Positions 37,101 to 49,324 of a stretch of 64,000 bases of DNA are shown here, piece after piece. The translations under genes were made by a program, and so were the position numbers. Every line of letters begins with the position of its first letter. Within the stretch, counting starts at the first letter, position 1. Location: assembly GCA_016748015.1 (NCBI GenBank), contig JAAOMT010000639.1:224880-288879 (forward strand). Direction: 5' to 3'. The DNA is from Geosiphon pyriformis uo1. Taxonomy: Eukaryota > Fungi > Glomeromycota. Below the pieces are notes generated by a model that made no database searches, had not been told where the DNA came from, and saw only the letters and a list, made by a program, of their open reading frames with translations.

Positions 37101-40100
37101 CTTATCTGGAATGCTGACCAAAACTGGGAAACCCATAACAATCAAGACGAATTATCAACAACCTGGGAATAGAAAAAAGATAAAATAAAAGGAAAAGGGA
37201 AAGAGAAAAAAGAAAATTCCATACCAACTCCTATTCACTCTACATATATGTATACAACACCACAATTAAGCTATCATTGCCCAAAATTCATATGTGTCGA
37301 TTGTGGCAAAAAATTGTCATCAATGGGCACATGTTGTGATGACAATGAGGAATACTCAACAGCAACCAAATTTTATTGCTGTGTATACATCATAAAATGC
37401 TTTGGATGTCCAAAATAAAAAAAAAATGGGACAATAAATTATGCTTGGCTTGTGGTAAAACTCTTCTGAACAAAAGAATGTGAAAAAACATTCCTGGGTG
37501 AGGAGGAACATGTGACAAATTGTGTCAATACACAATTCTTATAAGTGACTGGGTAAGAAAAAAAACACCCATAGATGCCATCTGGAGACAAGCCATCAAA
37601 CATCTGGATGGATGTCCATACGATGATGACAAAATCTGGCAAATGACACTTGCCAAAATCAAAGGAGTAATCCCAAAAGAAATAAAAACAATTAAAGACA
37701 ACTCACCTGAATTCATAGAACTTGACTGAGATCTAGAACCAGTCATAAATCTACTAGATCCAGAACAATTCTATGAACACTACCAGAAATTAGCACTTAC
37801 TAAAGAGGAACAAGAACAATGGTTGGAAGAAATCAATACTTGATTATGTGACCATTGTTTAATTCTCTGTAACTTTCAATATTGTAATGAGTGTGATCTC
37901 ATTTACAATCCACCACCACGCATGATCTACACAATCCCAGAGGAAGAAGAACCAATCAGCAGCTGTGCATTGGAATTGGAATCAATTTCCAATCCCAATT
38001 CAGACTCTGACAACAATGACAACAAAAATAATGGTTTAAAATGGCAATAACAATAACAATGATTCCAACTCAGATTCAAACTCCAATTCAAACTATGAAC
38101 AATATATCGCACTCCTTGACCTTACCAAAAAGCAGAAACTAAAATGGTTCAGCAATAATGATGAAGATATTATGCCAGAATGTGCACATGATACTAACGC
38201 AGAGTTTGATCTGAGATATCTGAAGAAAAATTTCATCAAATTAGAACCATATTTGTACACTTGCATTGATCTGAAAATAGCACTGAAAATTCTAGCAACA
38301 ACAATGGTTCAACTAGCATCCAAGAGTAGTTTAGTGAAAAAGAGAATTAACATTAGAAGAGGAATAATTGACACAGAATACATAAAAAATATTATTGCTA
38401 TGCTACAAAATAATTCAGAAAAGGCATATACCATAGATCTAAACAAAAAGATAGCACAGGCAATATTCTTACCTCTGATAAAAATAGCTCAATTAGTGTC
38501 AGTAAAAAACAGGCAGGAATTAGGGATTACAGCTAAAAAAATACAGAGATTTGGATCAATGGGTAGAATAGATATACTAGTCAATATGACAGAGAAAAAA
38601 ATTGTTGACAAAGGAGAAATTATCTCAATCCATCAAGCAATTTCTATTCCACCATATGACCAGTATATGTTAGCCATAAAAAAAGAAGTGAAGGATCAAG
38701 CTCAATTGTTTGAAGCAGAAGCCATTATTTGTAAATCAGGAGAGATTGGACTCACTAATCTCTACATCTTAGCCAATAGCTCCAAAAATATTAAAATTCT
38801 CATCCACAACACAACTGGAAATGTCATTGAAATACCAAAGAGAACCATCATTGGATATTTAACCACTAAAGTTGAGGATCAACCACCAAACCACATTCCA
38901 GATTTTCCACAACTGTGTGAATATGTGGACATCACATCACAAACCATCTATGAATAAAGTAAATGCTATCTGCTTCAACCAGAACAATTGGAACAAATAA
39001 ACATGGAAAATCTAGACCCACTCCAACAGATGCAACTAAAGATGTTACTTAGCAACTTCAATGACATTTTTGCTAGTGAAAATAAATTTGGCCATACCAA
39101 TATCATCCAGCATCAGATCAAAACTGAAGATGCAATGCCAATTAAACAAAGAGCATACAAAGTACCATTAGCTAACCATGAGATCATTCATCAAGAAATC
39201 AATCGGATGCTTAACAATGAGCTAATTCAGCCATCAATGAGTTCATGGTTATTACCAGTGGTACTAGTCTGGAAAAAGAATGGAAAAATTTGCTTTTGTG
39301 TAGATTACCGGAAATTGAATAGAGTAACCAAGGGATACAGCTACCCAACTTCAAAGATCCAAGAACTATTTGACACTTTTGGAGGAAACAAATGGTTCTC
39401 GACACTGGATCTAGATAGTGGCTACTGACAAGTAGCCATAGATCCAGCTGACAAAGAAAAGACCACATTTACAACAAGAAAAGAGAATTTCAAATTTGAA
39501 GTCATGCCATTTGGCTTGATGAATGCTCTAGCAACATTCCAACAGCTCATGAAAATTGTATATACTGGACTACTATGGAAATCAGTAGTCATATATTTAG
39601 ATGACACCAATGTATTTTCAAAAACATTCAATAATCATCTGCATCACCTCCAGCAGGTGTTTGAAAGACTAAGAAGAGCCGGATTGAAACTAAATACAAT
39701 GAAGTGTTTCTTTAAAAAAACTGAACTCAAGTTTTTGGAACATGTTGTAAGCAAAGATAGTATCAAAATGGATCCAGATAAGATTGCAATAGTAAAGAAC
39801 TTTCCAGTACCAACAAACTTGCCAGAACTAAGGGCATTTTTGGGATTTGCAGGCTATTATCGCCATTTTATCAAGGACTTTTCCAAACTAGCTCAGCCAC
39901 TTCACCAGCTACAAACTAAGAATATAAAGTATAAATGAACTAAAGCTCAACAAAAAGCATTCAACACATTAAGAAAAAAGCTTATTTAAGCCCCAGTGTT
40001 GATGTATCCAGACCACAGCAAATCATTCATCATCACTATGGGTGTATCAGGTCAAGCATTGGGAGCAGTACTATTGCAAAAAAGACCAGGTGAAAGAAAA

Positions 40101-40397
40101 CATCCAGTAGTTTATGCCAGTAGAAGCTTAAATTCAGCTGAAAAGAACTATGGAACTCCAGCACTGGAACACTTAGCAATCTATTAGGCAGTCATAAAAT
40201 GGAGAGAATACTTGAGCCAAAAGTTTGAAATATACATGGATCACAAAGGACTGACTTCAATTCAGAAACAAAAATTTGCAGATGATTGCCATGCCAAATG
40301 GAAAATAGAACTTTCACCATTTAACTATACAATATATTATAAAAAGGGAAAAGATAATAAAAATGCTGACGGATTGTTACAAATGAGACAAATCTAA
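34127..40397 (+). pseudogene. Gag-protease-Cys-rich-dUTPase-RT-RNase H polyprotein (copy D)
   Basis: Nearly all fragments lie in one frame. Capsid (35142-35789), knuckle CHYCGRQEHLQFEC (~35880), protease LILDS(G>R)SAGS (~36610), dUTPase 38172-38565, YLDD (~39594), RNase H YMDHKGL; stop at 40395-40397. Confidence 0.93.
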
Positions 40398-40427
40398 AAA
40401 CATTTCAACCCAAAAATATAACAAAAG

Positions 40428-41804
40428 ATAAATATACAAAAATACTAACAACTACAATATTATATAAAGACTCAATTGTTCAAGGAGAAATTATCTCAAA
40501 AAGAACAAAGAGACATAAAACAACAATCCAAATATTTTATCAACCATCAAAATATACTTTACCAGAAAAATAAGAGAAATCCAGATCAACCAATCAGAGT
40601 AATCACAGAACCAGAGAAAGAAACAATATTATTCAATATACATTCAGACCCAACAGCAGGGCATTTTTACAAAAAAGTAACCATGGAAAGAACCAAAAAA
40701 AGATACTATTGGCCAGCAATGTATCCAGATATCCTCCAATATGTGCAAAATTGTGATGCTTGTCAAAGAAGAGGAAAAGCAAGACCAAGTGAACCATTAA
40801 GACTAATCAAAGTGAGACAACCATTCAATCATATTGGAATTGACTTAGTCAGACCATTAACAATCATCAGCAAAGACAACAGATATATCACAATAGCCAT
40901 GAATTATCTCACCAAATGGCCAGAAGCAAAAGCCATTCAAAGAGCAGATGCAAAATCCATTGCCAAATTTGTTTATCAAGATTTGATTTGTCAACATGAA
41001 TGTTCAAAAGAACTATTATCAGATCAAGGAACTCACTTTGTAAACAGAATACTGGCAGAATTAAGTCAAAAATTTGGAATTAAAAGACCATTATCATTGT
41101 CATATCATCCACAAACCAATGGACTAGTTGAAAGATTCAATAAAACATTGTGTGAAGCAATCACCAAAATCAGTCAAAAAAACCAAGACAAATGGGATTT
41201 GTTTATACCATCAGTATTATTTGCTTATTAGACAATGAAGCAAGATACCACATAAGCAACACTATTTGAACTAGTATATAGTAAAACAGCAACATTACCA
41301 GTTGAGATAGAGGTCAATACATATCCAATTAAACCAATAACAGAAGATAATTTTCAAGAAACATTGTTGAAAAAAACATATGACTTAATGGAAACACTAG
41401 AAAACAGACAACAAAAAGCAGTTAACAACATACAAAAATCACAAGAGAAACAAAAAGAGAAACACAATAACCAACTACCAGACAAACCAGTTGAATTCAA
41501 GATTGGAGACAAAGTACTTCTACATCATACTAAAGCAGAAAAACAATGGAGTAGAAAATTTGACCCCATATGGGACGGACCATTTCACATTGAAAAAATT
41601 CTTGGAAATGGAGCTTACAAATTAAGATGAAACAACAAAATCTTAACCAAAGCAGCACATGGTGATCAACTAAAACGATATTACCAGATAGCATCATTAT
41701 TTACCAATAACATCCCACAACTAGACATACAAAGAATACTAGTTCAACCAGATGAGATTCCACAAAATTTGGAACCAATCATAGTTATTGAACCAAACAT
41801 GTAA
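40428..41804 (+). pseudogene. Integrase (copy D), separate ORF; start decayed ATG>ATA
   Basis: HSDPTAGH...CDAC, IGIDLV, SDQGTHF, TNGLVERFN, WDGPFHI; no chromodomain; TAA at 41802-41804. Confidence 0.9.
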
Positions 41805-41863
41805 AATCAAACAATCAAAGAGTATATAAAGACACAGTATATGTGACAAAAACAATCAAGAAA

Positions 41864-42499
41864 ATAGAAATACCAGATCATATTCACACTATAGCTTAAC
41901 AACTGTTCTAGGCCTTAAGTCAACAACAGTTAGACATGGAAATTATTGTTAACAACCAAACAATTTGCTATCAAAATATTAAAAGAAAAACAAAAAACAC
42001 ACCATATTAGCGGGTACCAAAGAATGATAAAAACTGGTCAGATAACATAATAGAAAAAGTAAAGAACATGTTTGGAAAAATACTTATTATAGCACCAACA
42101 GAAGAACTTACAAAAGAGAATTGGAAACAATGGACAGAACAACTTTCAATATCATACTGTTACTACCAGTTAGGTCGGAAGTTAAATATTCAGGAGTTGT
42201 ATATTGACAAATCTAAGAGAATATTCAACCAAAACATAATACAACAAATTGAAAAATTTATCAGAAAGAAAACGAATTCAATACTACATGTTAGAACAAT
42301 GTACTGACTACACAACATATTTCGAAACTATCCAGAAATACTGTTACACTCTGACATAGAAACCATAACCATTAACCAATGGGAAAGAATGAACAATACA
42401 CAAGTGAAAGATGTGAAAAACAGAATTGAACAAACAATACTTGAAAAAGAAGTATTAGAATTAATTCAAAATGAAAATTTTAATGGAGCTCAATATTAA
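41864..42499 (+). pseudogene. ORF3 accessory protein (~211 codons), copy D
   Basis: Single frame (M)EIPDHIHTIA...ENFNGAQY*; TATATAAA at 41823-41830; homologous to 4054-4824. Confidence 0.75.
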
Positions 42500-42513
42500 A
42501 AAGGAGGAGATAA
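42498..42513 (+). other. Polypurine tract
   Basis: aaaaaggaggaga(taa) immediately before the 3' LTR. Confidence 0.85.
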
Positions 42514-43395
42514 TATTACTCATAGAAAAAGAAAACAGATATAGGAAAATAAAAGACCAATAGAAAAATAGTAGTTAACATGTAAGCACATTGCTCAGCA
42601 ATGTAAAGCAATGTCAGAAAGTATGACACATTGCTTAGCAATATGAAGCAATATCAGAAATCACAGCACATCACTCAGCAATGTGGAGCAATGTCAAGAA
42701 AATATGGCATATTGCTTAGCAATGTGAGCATTGCTTGAGAAATTATAGCACATTGTTTGGGAATGTGAGCAATTTCATAGAACTCAAATTATGTATATAT
42801 AGCTGTAGCATTAAAAGTAGAAAAGACAGACCTCTTAGTTTAGATTTGATCTAAGCAACTTTCCATTCACAAATATCAATAAATAATTATTCACCATCTT
42901 AATCCACTCTTCACTATTAACACTTCATGTTAATAGTAAGTAATACTTAATCACATAAGAACAATAGCTCTTGATCACGGCTATTGATGGGATACTAATT
43001 TGCAATTGCTTTTGTTTATTTCTTTATTTTTTTTTTTATTTTCTTTTGATTTGTCATTTCATTGGTTTTACTAAACTGATTAAAAATTAAGTGCTGAGTT
43101 ATTGACGTCAAGAATAGTTTGATAAAAGACCCCAAAAGAAGGGTATAGGAATTGAGAATTTAAGAATAGCTTACCAGAAGGGCATCTCTGCCAAGATTAC
43201 CAGCCACCATGCTAAGAAAAAAATTTGATGAAACTGTGGTTTCAGGAGGCTACAGAAAAGACAATACTTGAATCTTTGTCCATTATACAAAGAACTCTAC
43301 AACAAAACCTTCAGATATTAACACCAGAATACCAACCAAGCACTAAGTTACAGATTTGTTATTTGACTTAAAACCCCAAATAATCATCTGTAACA
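42514..43395 (+). repeat. 3' LTR of copy D
   Basis: Collinear with 33232-34106; ends tgtaaca. Confidence 0.96.
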
Positions 43396-46300
43396 ATGCT
43401 ACCAAAAAATCTGATAAACTTATTACACATTTTGATCTGATGTAAGTTAACCTCCAAGTGATGCCAACCCACAGAATCATAAGCCTTGCACATGTTCTGA
43501 AGGACCAACCAAAGTTCATGATCTTTTTCCAAAGCATCTTTAACAACTGAACCAACTGCAAATACAGGAGATTAGGTAGATGTACTCTTCAAAACAGAAA
43601 AGTTATTATTACAAAAAACACCAAACTTGCTGCATGCTAAAGAATCCTATCAAAGAGAATCTTGGAGAGAATCTTCCTGGCAGTTTTAATCAAAGCTATA
43701 GGCCATGTATTTGTAAAAACCTCATCTCATTTGTAAAGTTTAGAGATCATTGAGACCCAAGCCCTCTTCCACAAAACAAGAACACTACCAATTAACAAAC
43801 ATGCATTTAACAATCTCAAAAGATATCCCAACACTCTATTACTGCCATGCTTCTATAGTTCATTAGGGATGCCAGACAAGTCAGCAGCTTTACTATTGAG
43901 CAGACCATTGACTACCAAGAGCAACTCACTCAAACTGACAGCACCCATTATACCAGAAAAAGCACAATCCTGTACGTAATCCAATAGAGCATACTGATGA
44001 GCCCAAAAGTTAGGCACCACTAAAAGCACTGCCTGTTTCTTAGTTCAATCTTCCATAATTCTATCAACATTGAGCTTTACTTTCTCAGGCTCTAAAATTA
44101 ATTCATTATTTACCACTAAGTAATCCAGAACTACTTTGCAAAAAAGCTGATCCAAAACACTCCTGATCATGCTACCTTTGTCAAAACAGAAATTTTCCAT
44201 ATATTTTGAGACAGTCAGTCTAATAAAAGTCTCCTTAGCCAATCTTGACTTATATATCTTAGATCTTTTGTATTCTTTACAAACCAATAATAAATGACTA
44301 AGAACCACCTCAGACTTTCTATTTAAGCCAACCAAGTCAGCAAAAGCACGAGCCTTGACTATTCAAAGTTGATTATGTCCTCATAAAATGATTGAATTCA
44401 GGCAGATCACCTGAGCCAAACTTTTTAACAATTTTGGCAACCAACAATTCCAAACCAAAAAACTTAGAAGAATACCTATTCTTAAAACAATAAAACTTAT
44501 TAAACCAATGTCTCAAAAATGCCATGTTAACTGATTCCACTACTATCTTCTTCAAAATTGCTCATATAGCATCCATATTACCATAAGTTTCAGCACCAGA
44601 AAATTTCTTAGTGACTACCAGAAGCTTAATAGAAAGGCAATTTCTAAATCCAGTCTATTTGGGGTCATCAGCATTTTTAATTTTGAACTTCCAACAATTC
44701 TTGTTAACCTGTTTATGCAAGCTATTCAACCTAATATCTAAGAGTTTACCCAAGCCAATCAAAACCAAAACAGCATTATGATTAGTGTCAAAAAAACCAG
44801 ACATAGAGCAAACCTAATAACTAGTGATGGCAGAAGAAAAATTTCTACTGACAAAAATAAAATCAATTGTCTTCTCAACTCTCTATGAATTGCTCCATGT
44901 GGAAGCCTTTACCATATGATAATTGGCAAACAAATTGACCAAATCCAAATCCAAACAAAACCTGAAAATTGCACTCCTTTCAGATCCATTCTCATTAAAA
45001 TCTTCACCCAAAACCACAAAAGTGCTAAAGTTAATGGCTTTTGCAATTACAGAGTTCACCTCCAAAGCCTGACCAAATTTTGTCTCAGGAGAAGCACCAG
45101 CATACAAACTCAGAACCATGACTGAAAGCTTGCCTTTAAACAAAAGCTGAATCAAAATAATTTGGCCAGAAATCTTCTTAATTTTAGACACATAGTGAGC
45201 CAAAGAATTGTTCATGATCATAGCAATCTTAATACTGAAAAAACTTTTATTCAAGCCAGACATAAAGACATGTACACTCTCAAACTTATTAGCAATCCAA
45301 GACTTGATACTGGACCTCAATTTAGTTTCTGTGACAAAAGACACCATATTACCAGAATTCATATGCCATCATACAACATCCACTTGCTTTGCAGGAACAT
45401 TGATACTGCGAATGTTGTATATAGTAAACTTCTACACCAAATCACTCATTGGGATAAAAGAGGCAGTAGAAAATCTGAGCCAGAGCACAAATAATTCAAT
45501 CTAGCCAAAACTGATTCAATTGAAGCCTCCAAAGATGCTAACTTAGACTTCAAACCACTCACTTTGTTGGTTAGAATCTTGGAGCTACTAAAATTGAGAT
45601 TGAACACACCATCACTAACAGCAGAAAAAAGAGAGACAAAGGGCACCAACACACTATTTAGGACTATATTTAAACCCACACCCACAGTCAAGGATACAAA
45701 TACAACAAAAAGGGAAGCTAAAAAGGAAGATGCCAATGGCACTAAATCAACAAAACTTAATTTTCTCAAAATACCAGAGACTTGGTCAGCCAAAAGCCCC
45801 AAAAAACATTTTAAAGATGCCAAACGATTATTTAAACCAGAGACAACAAGAGAATTGGGCATCAATGGAGTAAAATCTGCATCTGGACTAGGCTTAGCAC
45901 CAGAAGTAACCAAAGGAACCACACTAAAAGGGAAGCTACCAGTAATTTGGGCCCAAGTTTTTCTGCCAAATAAGACCAAACAGACAATAGAAGCCTGCTT
46001 TTTTTTATAAATGCCCACCAAACAAACTTGATTCTAATCAGTCACTAACTGTTTGATACAAACTCCAGAATTTTCACCTATTGAACACACATTAGAGATA
46101 TGACCAAATTGTTTACACTTGGCACAACAAGCTAGAGAGAAACCAGCTCAGTGCAAATTTACATTTTTAAAAACAGAAACAGAATTAAGAGCAGCCAATC
46201 TGAATATCTCATTCTCAAAACAGACAACTGTACATTTATTATAAATATATGAACCAGGATTATGGCCAATAAAGCAAGTTTTCTTACCATAAGAATCCAA

Positions 46301-49300
46301 TAAACCCAACAAATCATGAGCAGTAGTACCAATTGGAAGTGTATACAACAAAGCCTGATGTTGATCTCTGGAAATCCACATATGTTTATCATCAATGACT
46401 TTTGTTACATGAACAGAATTTTTTTTTCATAAAGACAGACCATTTAGCTGTGACCAAATCAGCTATTTCAGATGACTCAAACTCCACTAAAGCTTTCTGT
46501 TACAGACCAATCAGTTGCATTTTGATTGATATAATCTTTTCAAACTTAGAAAAAACAGATTTTATAGCCGATTTGAAAAGATCAATTAAGATCTTTCTAA
46601 TGATCACCTCCCAATCTGAATGATTATTTACTTTTTTTAAATTATCATTAACAATAATTTTCTTACAGATTGCCAATTTCTTTGTCTTATTCAAACTAAA
46701 TTCAAAAGTAAATGATAATCTGATAATCTCTAAGAATTTTGAAAGAGCAAAGGCTTCTCCAAAACCATCAACTTGATAAAAGATTTTTTTATTGAAATCA
46801 ATTTGTTACTAACAAATTTTTCTAGAATAGTTGAAAGCTCAATATTTAATGCAAAAATTTTATTGGCTCGAAGTTTTTTTTTTCTGAAACATGTGATTTG
46901 ATACTCAGCAGCTGATTAGAACTTTTAAACTTAGGAGGCAGAAGAACCACCATATCCTTATTATCACTCAAAATGTTAAATGAAAAAGTTTTCAGAGGTT
47001 GACTTAACACATACGTGTGAGTGCACGTTTTTCTGGGCATAGTATTGTCTTCTATGCCATTAATTACAAAATCATTCAAGTCAGCATAACTAGTTTCTTT
47101 AGTAACAGTATTCTTTATGTTCTTTAAGTCCGATAGGCCACCCATGCTACTCATTTTGCTTTTCATTTTACTGTTCCAAGATTTCGAAAACTTACCATCA
47201 ACATTACCAATATTAGCCAGGCCCAATAGTTTAGCAGATAAGTCAATCACACTGATGTCAATTTTAGGATTCCTAGGCTTCTTGTAAGATGTACTGTAAG
47301 AGTACACACTATTTACTCTTTTTTTTTTATATTAGACTGGTTTTTCAACCCAGCAAAAGTAAATACAGAGTCATCAGCAACAGGATTTGCTGGTTTTATG
47401 TTTATAAATAAAAGTATATCTGAAGAAATAGTTAAAATACAAAGGGAATAAGGAGTAAGGAAAACTTTTTTTTAATAATATCTTACTCTTGTTGTGACTG
47501 GAGAATTAACAAGAGAAAAATGTTTAATTTAATAAAATATAAAAATAGTATTCTTAAAAGTTTTTGTTATTTTTTTTAATATTATTAATATTAAATTTAT
47601 TTTAAATACTATTACTAATAAAAATTATTAAATATTTAATAAGTTATTTATTTTCAAAATATTTTTTTATATTTTGAATTTGTATAATATTGTATTTATA
47701 ATAAAATAACTAATTCTATATTAATAAATTTAATTTTTTTATAAAATTTTTAATTGTAAATTCTTTAATAGTATATAGTTACTTTGCAATAAAAGTCAAC
47801 TTTTTAAAAAAAATATTAATTGTATACTTTTTAATTATGTAAAAAATCACAAAAAAAAATAATAATAATTTTTATTAAAAAAAATATGTCTTTTATTTAA
47901 GCTTAAAATAACTAAATTATTATTAAAATTAATAGTTAATTAATTTTACAATATTAATTATAAAAAAAGTTAAATTTTAAAATTAAAAATTTATTTTGTT
48001 TATAATTAATTATTATTTTATTGAAAGTTAATTGATTAATTTGTTTATTTAATATATTTTTTTAAAGAAAAAACTTTTTTTATATATTTAATTATAGTAT
48101 TATTTTAAATTTAATATTTTTTTGTTAATATTTTATGAATATTTTAAAAAATAAATAAATATTTTGGCAAATTATAAGTTATTTTAATAAACTACTAATT
48201 CTTTTATTAAACTTTTATAAATTTTTTCATATAAATTAAGAGATTATATAATTTAGTAATTATATTTATGTATTATATAAATTAAATTATTAATTAAATA
48301 TAATATTTAATAATTTAAAATAATATTAATAAAAATTATAAAAGTAACCAATAATTTAATTTTTGTTTAATAATAATAAAATTTGTAAAAAAATTTTTGG
48401 CTTATAATTTGTTTGTAAACAATAATTTTATTTTATTTTAAATAATAACAATAATATATTTAATTAATTTATTAAATTATTTTATCTTAAAAATTAAAGT
48501 AATAAAATAAAAACTAATTTTTTTTTGTTTTTTAATAATAATATTAATTTTAATAATGGTTAAAAAACTATTATAGATTGTTAAAATTTTTTTAAATAAA
48601 TAATTTTATTTTGGTTTTTAATAAAACTACAAAATTAAATTAAATTATATTAAAACTGTTTTTTAATTTTTATAAAGTTTAATTTCTAATTTTTTTGAAT
48701 ATTATTGTTAAAATTAAACTTGTTAAATTTAATTTTTTACTACTTATAAAATTGTAAAATTGTAAAATTTTTTGTAGTTTGTAGTTATAACTTTGTATAA
48801 TATTTTTATAAATATTTTTTTGAAAAAATTAATGATATTTTAAAGTTTATTAATTTGTAGCAATATATTATTACATATTTTAAGTTTTTTAAAAGTACAA
48901 AAGCTGTTTTTTGTTGCTAATTAGTTCTAATAATAATAATAAATTTTTGTTATTTAAAAAAAAGTTATTGTTTTTCAAAATATATTTAAAGCCAAATTAA
49001 ATAAATTTTTTTTTAATTATACTGGTTTTAAAATTAATATTTTGGTTTTTTAAGTTAATAAATAAATCTGTTTTATTTTTTAGTTTTTTAATATTAATAT
49101 TACAATAAGTATATAAAATTTGAATTATTTGATTTTTAATTGTAAAAATATTTTTTCTGGTTTTTTAAATTAATTATTAAATTTTATATTGCATTTAAAG
49201 TTTTTTGTTAATTAATTTATTAGTTTAATAATTTGTGTTTAAACTGGTTTATTTTTTAATAAACTTGTTAAATTAATAATTATAAGAATTAAATATTTTA

Positions 49301-49324
49301 TAAATTTGATTATTTTTATAATTA

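Larger units (their letters stand above)
33232..43395 (+). mobile_element. Complete Ty3/Gypsy LTR retrotransposon (copy D), 10.2 kb
   Basis: TGTTA...TAACA termini, two ~880-bp LTRs, PBS, PPT, TSD ATGC (33228-33231 / 43396-43399), domain order PR-RT-RH-IN. Confidence 0.97.
30500..47470 (-). mobile_element. Full-length LINE (copy B) split by the Gypsy at 33232-43395
   Basis: ORF1 ~47400-45446; ORF2 starts at 45449 (APE, RT N-half) to 43396 and resumes at 33227 to ~30600 (RT, RNase H, CCHC); 3' tail at ~30500-30610. Confidence 0.9.

Noticed and set aside
366-41630. Alternative genetic code or programmed readthrough explaining the many in-frame stops
   Set aside because: Most stops differ between copies A and D and map to TGG/CGA/CAA/CAG codons; only the RH-IN stops are shared.
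41630-41804. Chromodomain at the integrase C-terminus
   Set aside because: No Y.VKW.G-type motif after the GPF region.
41864-42499. env gene
   Set aside because: No signal peptide, furin site or transmembrane segment; too short.
47480-49320. Possible centromere/origin or organellar insert in ultra-AT DNA (also 23130-24440, 26450-28160)
   Set aside because: No periodicity or recognisable genes; most simply end-stage eroded repeats, though this cannot be proven by eye.
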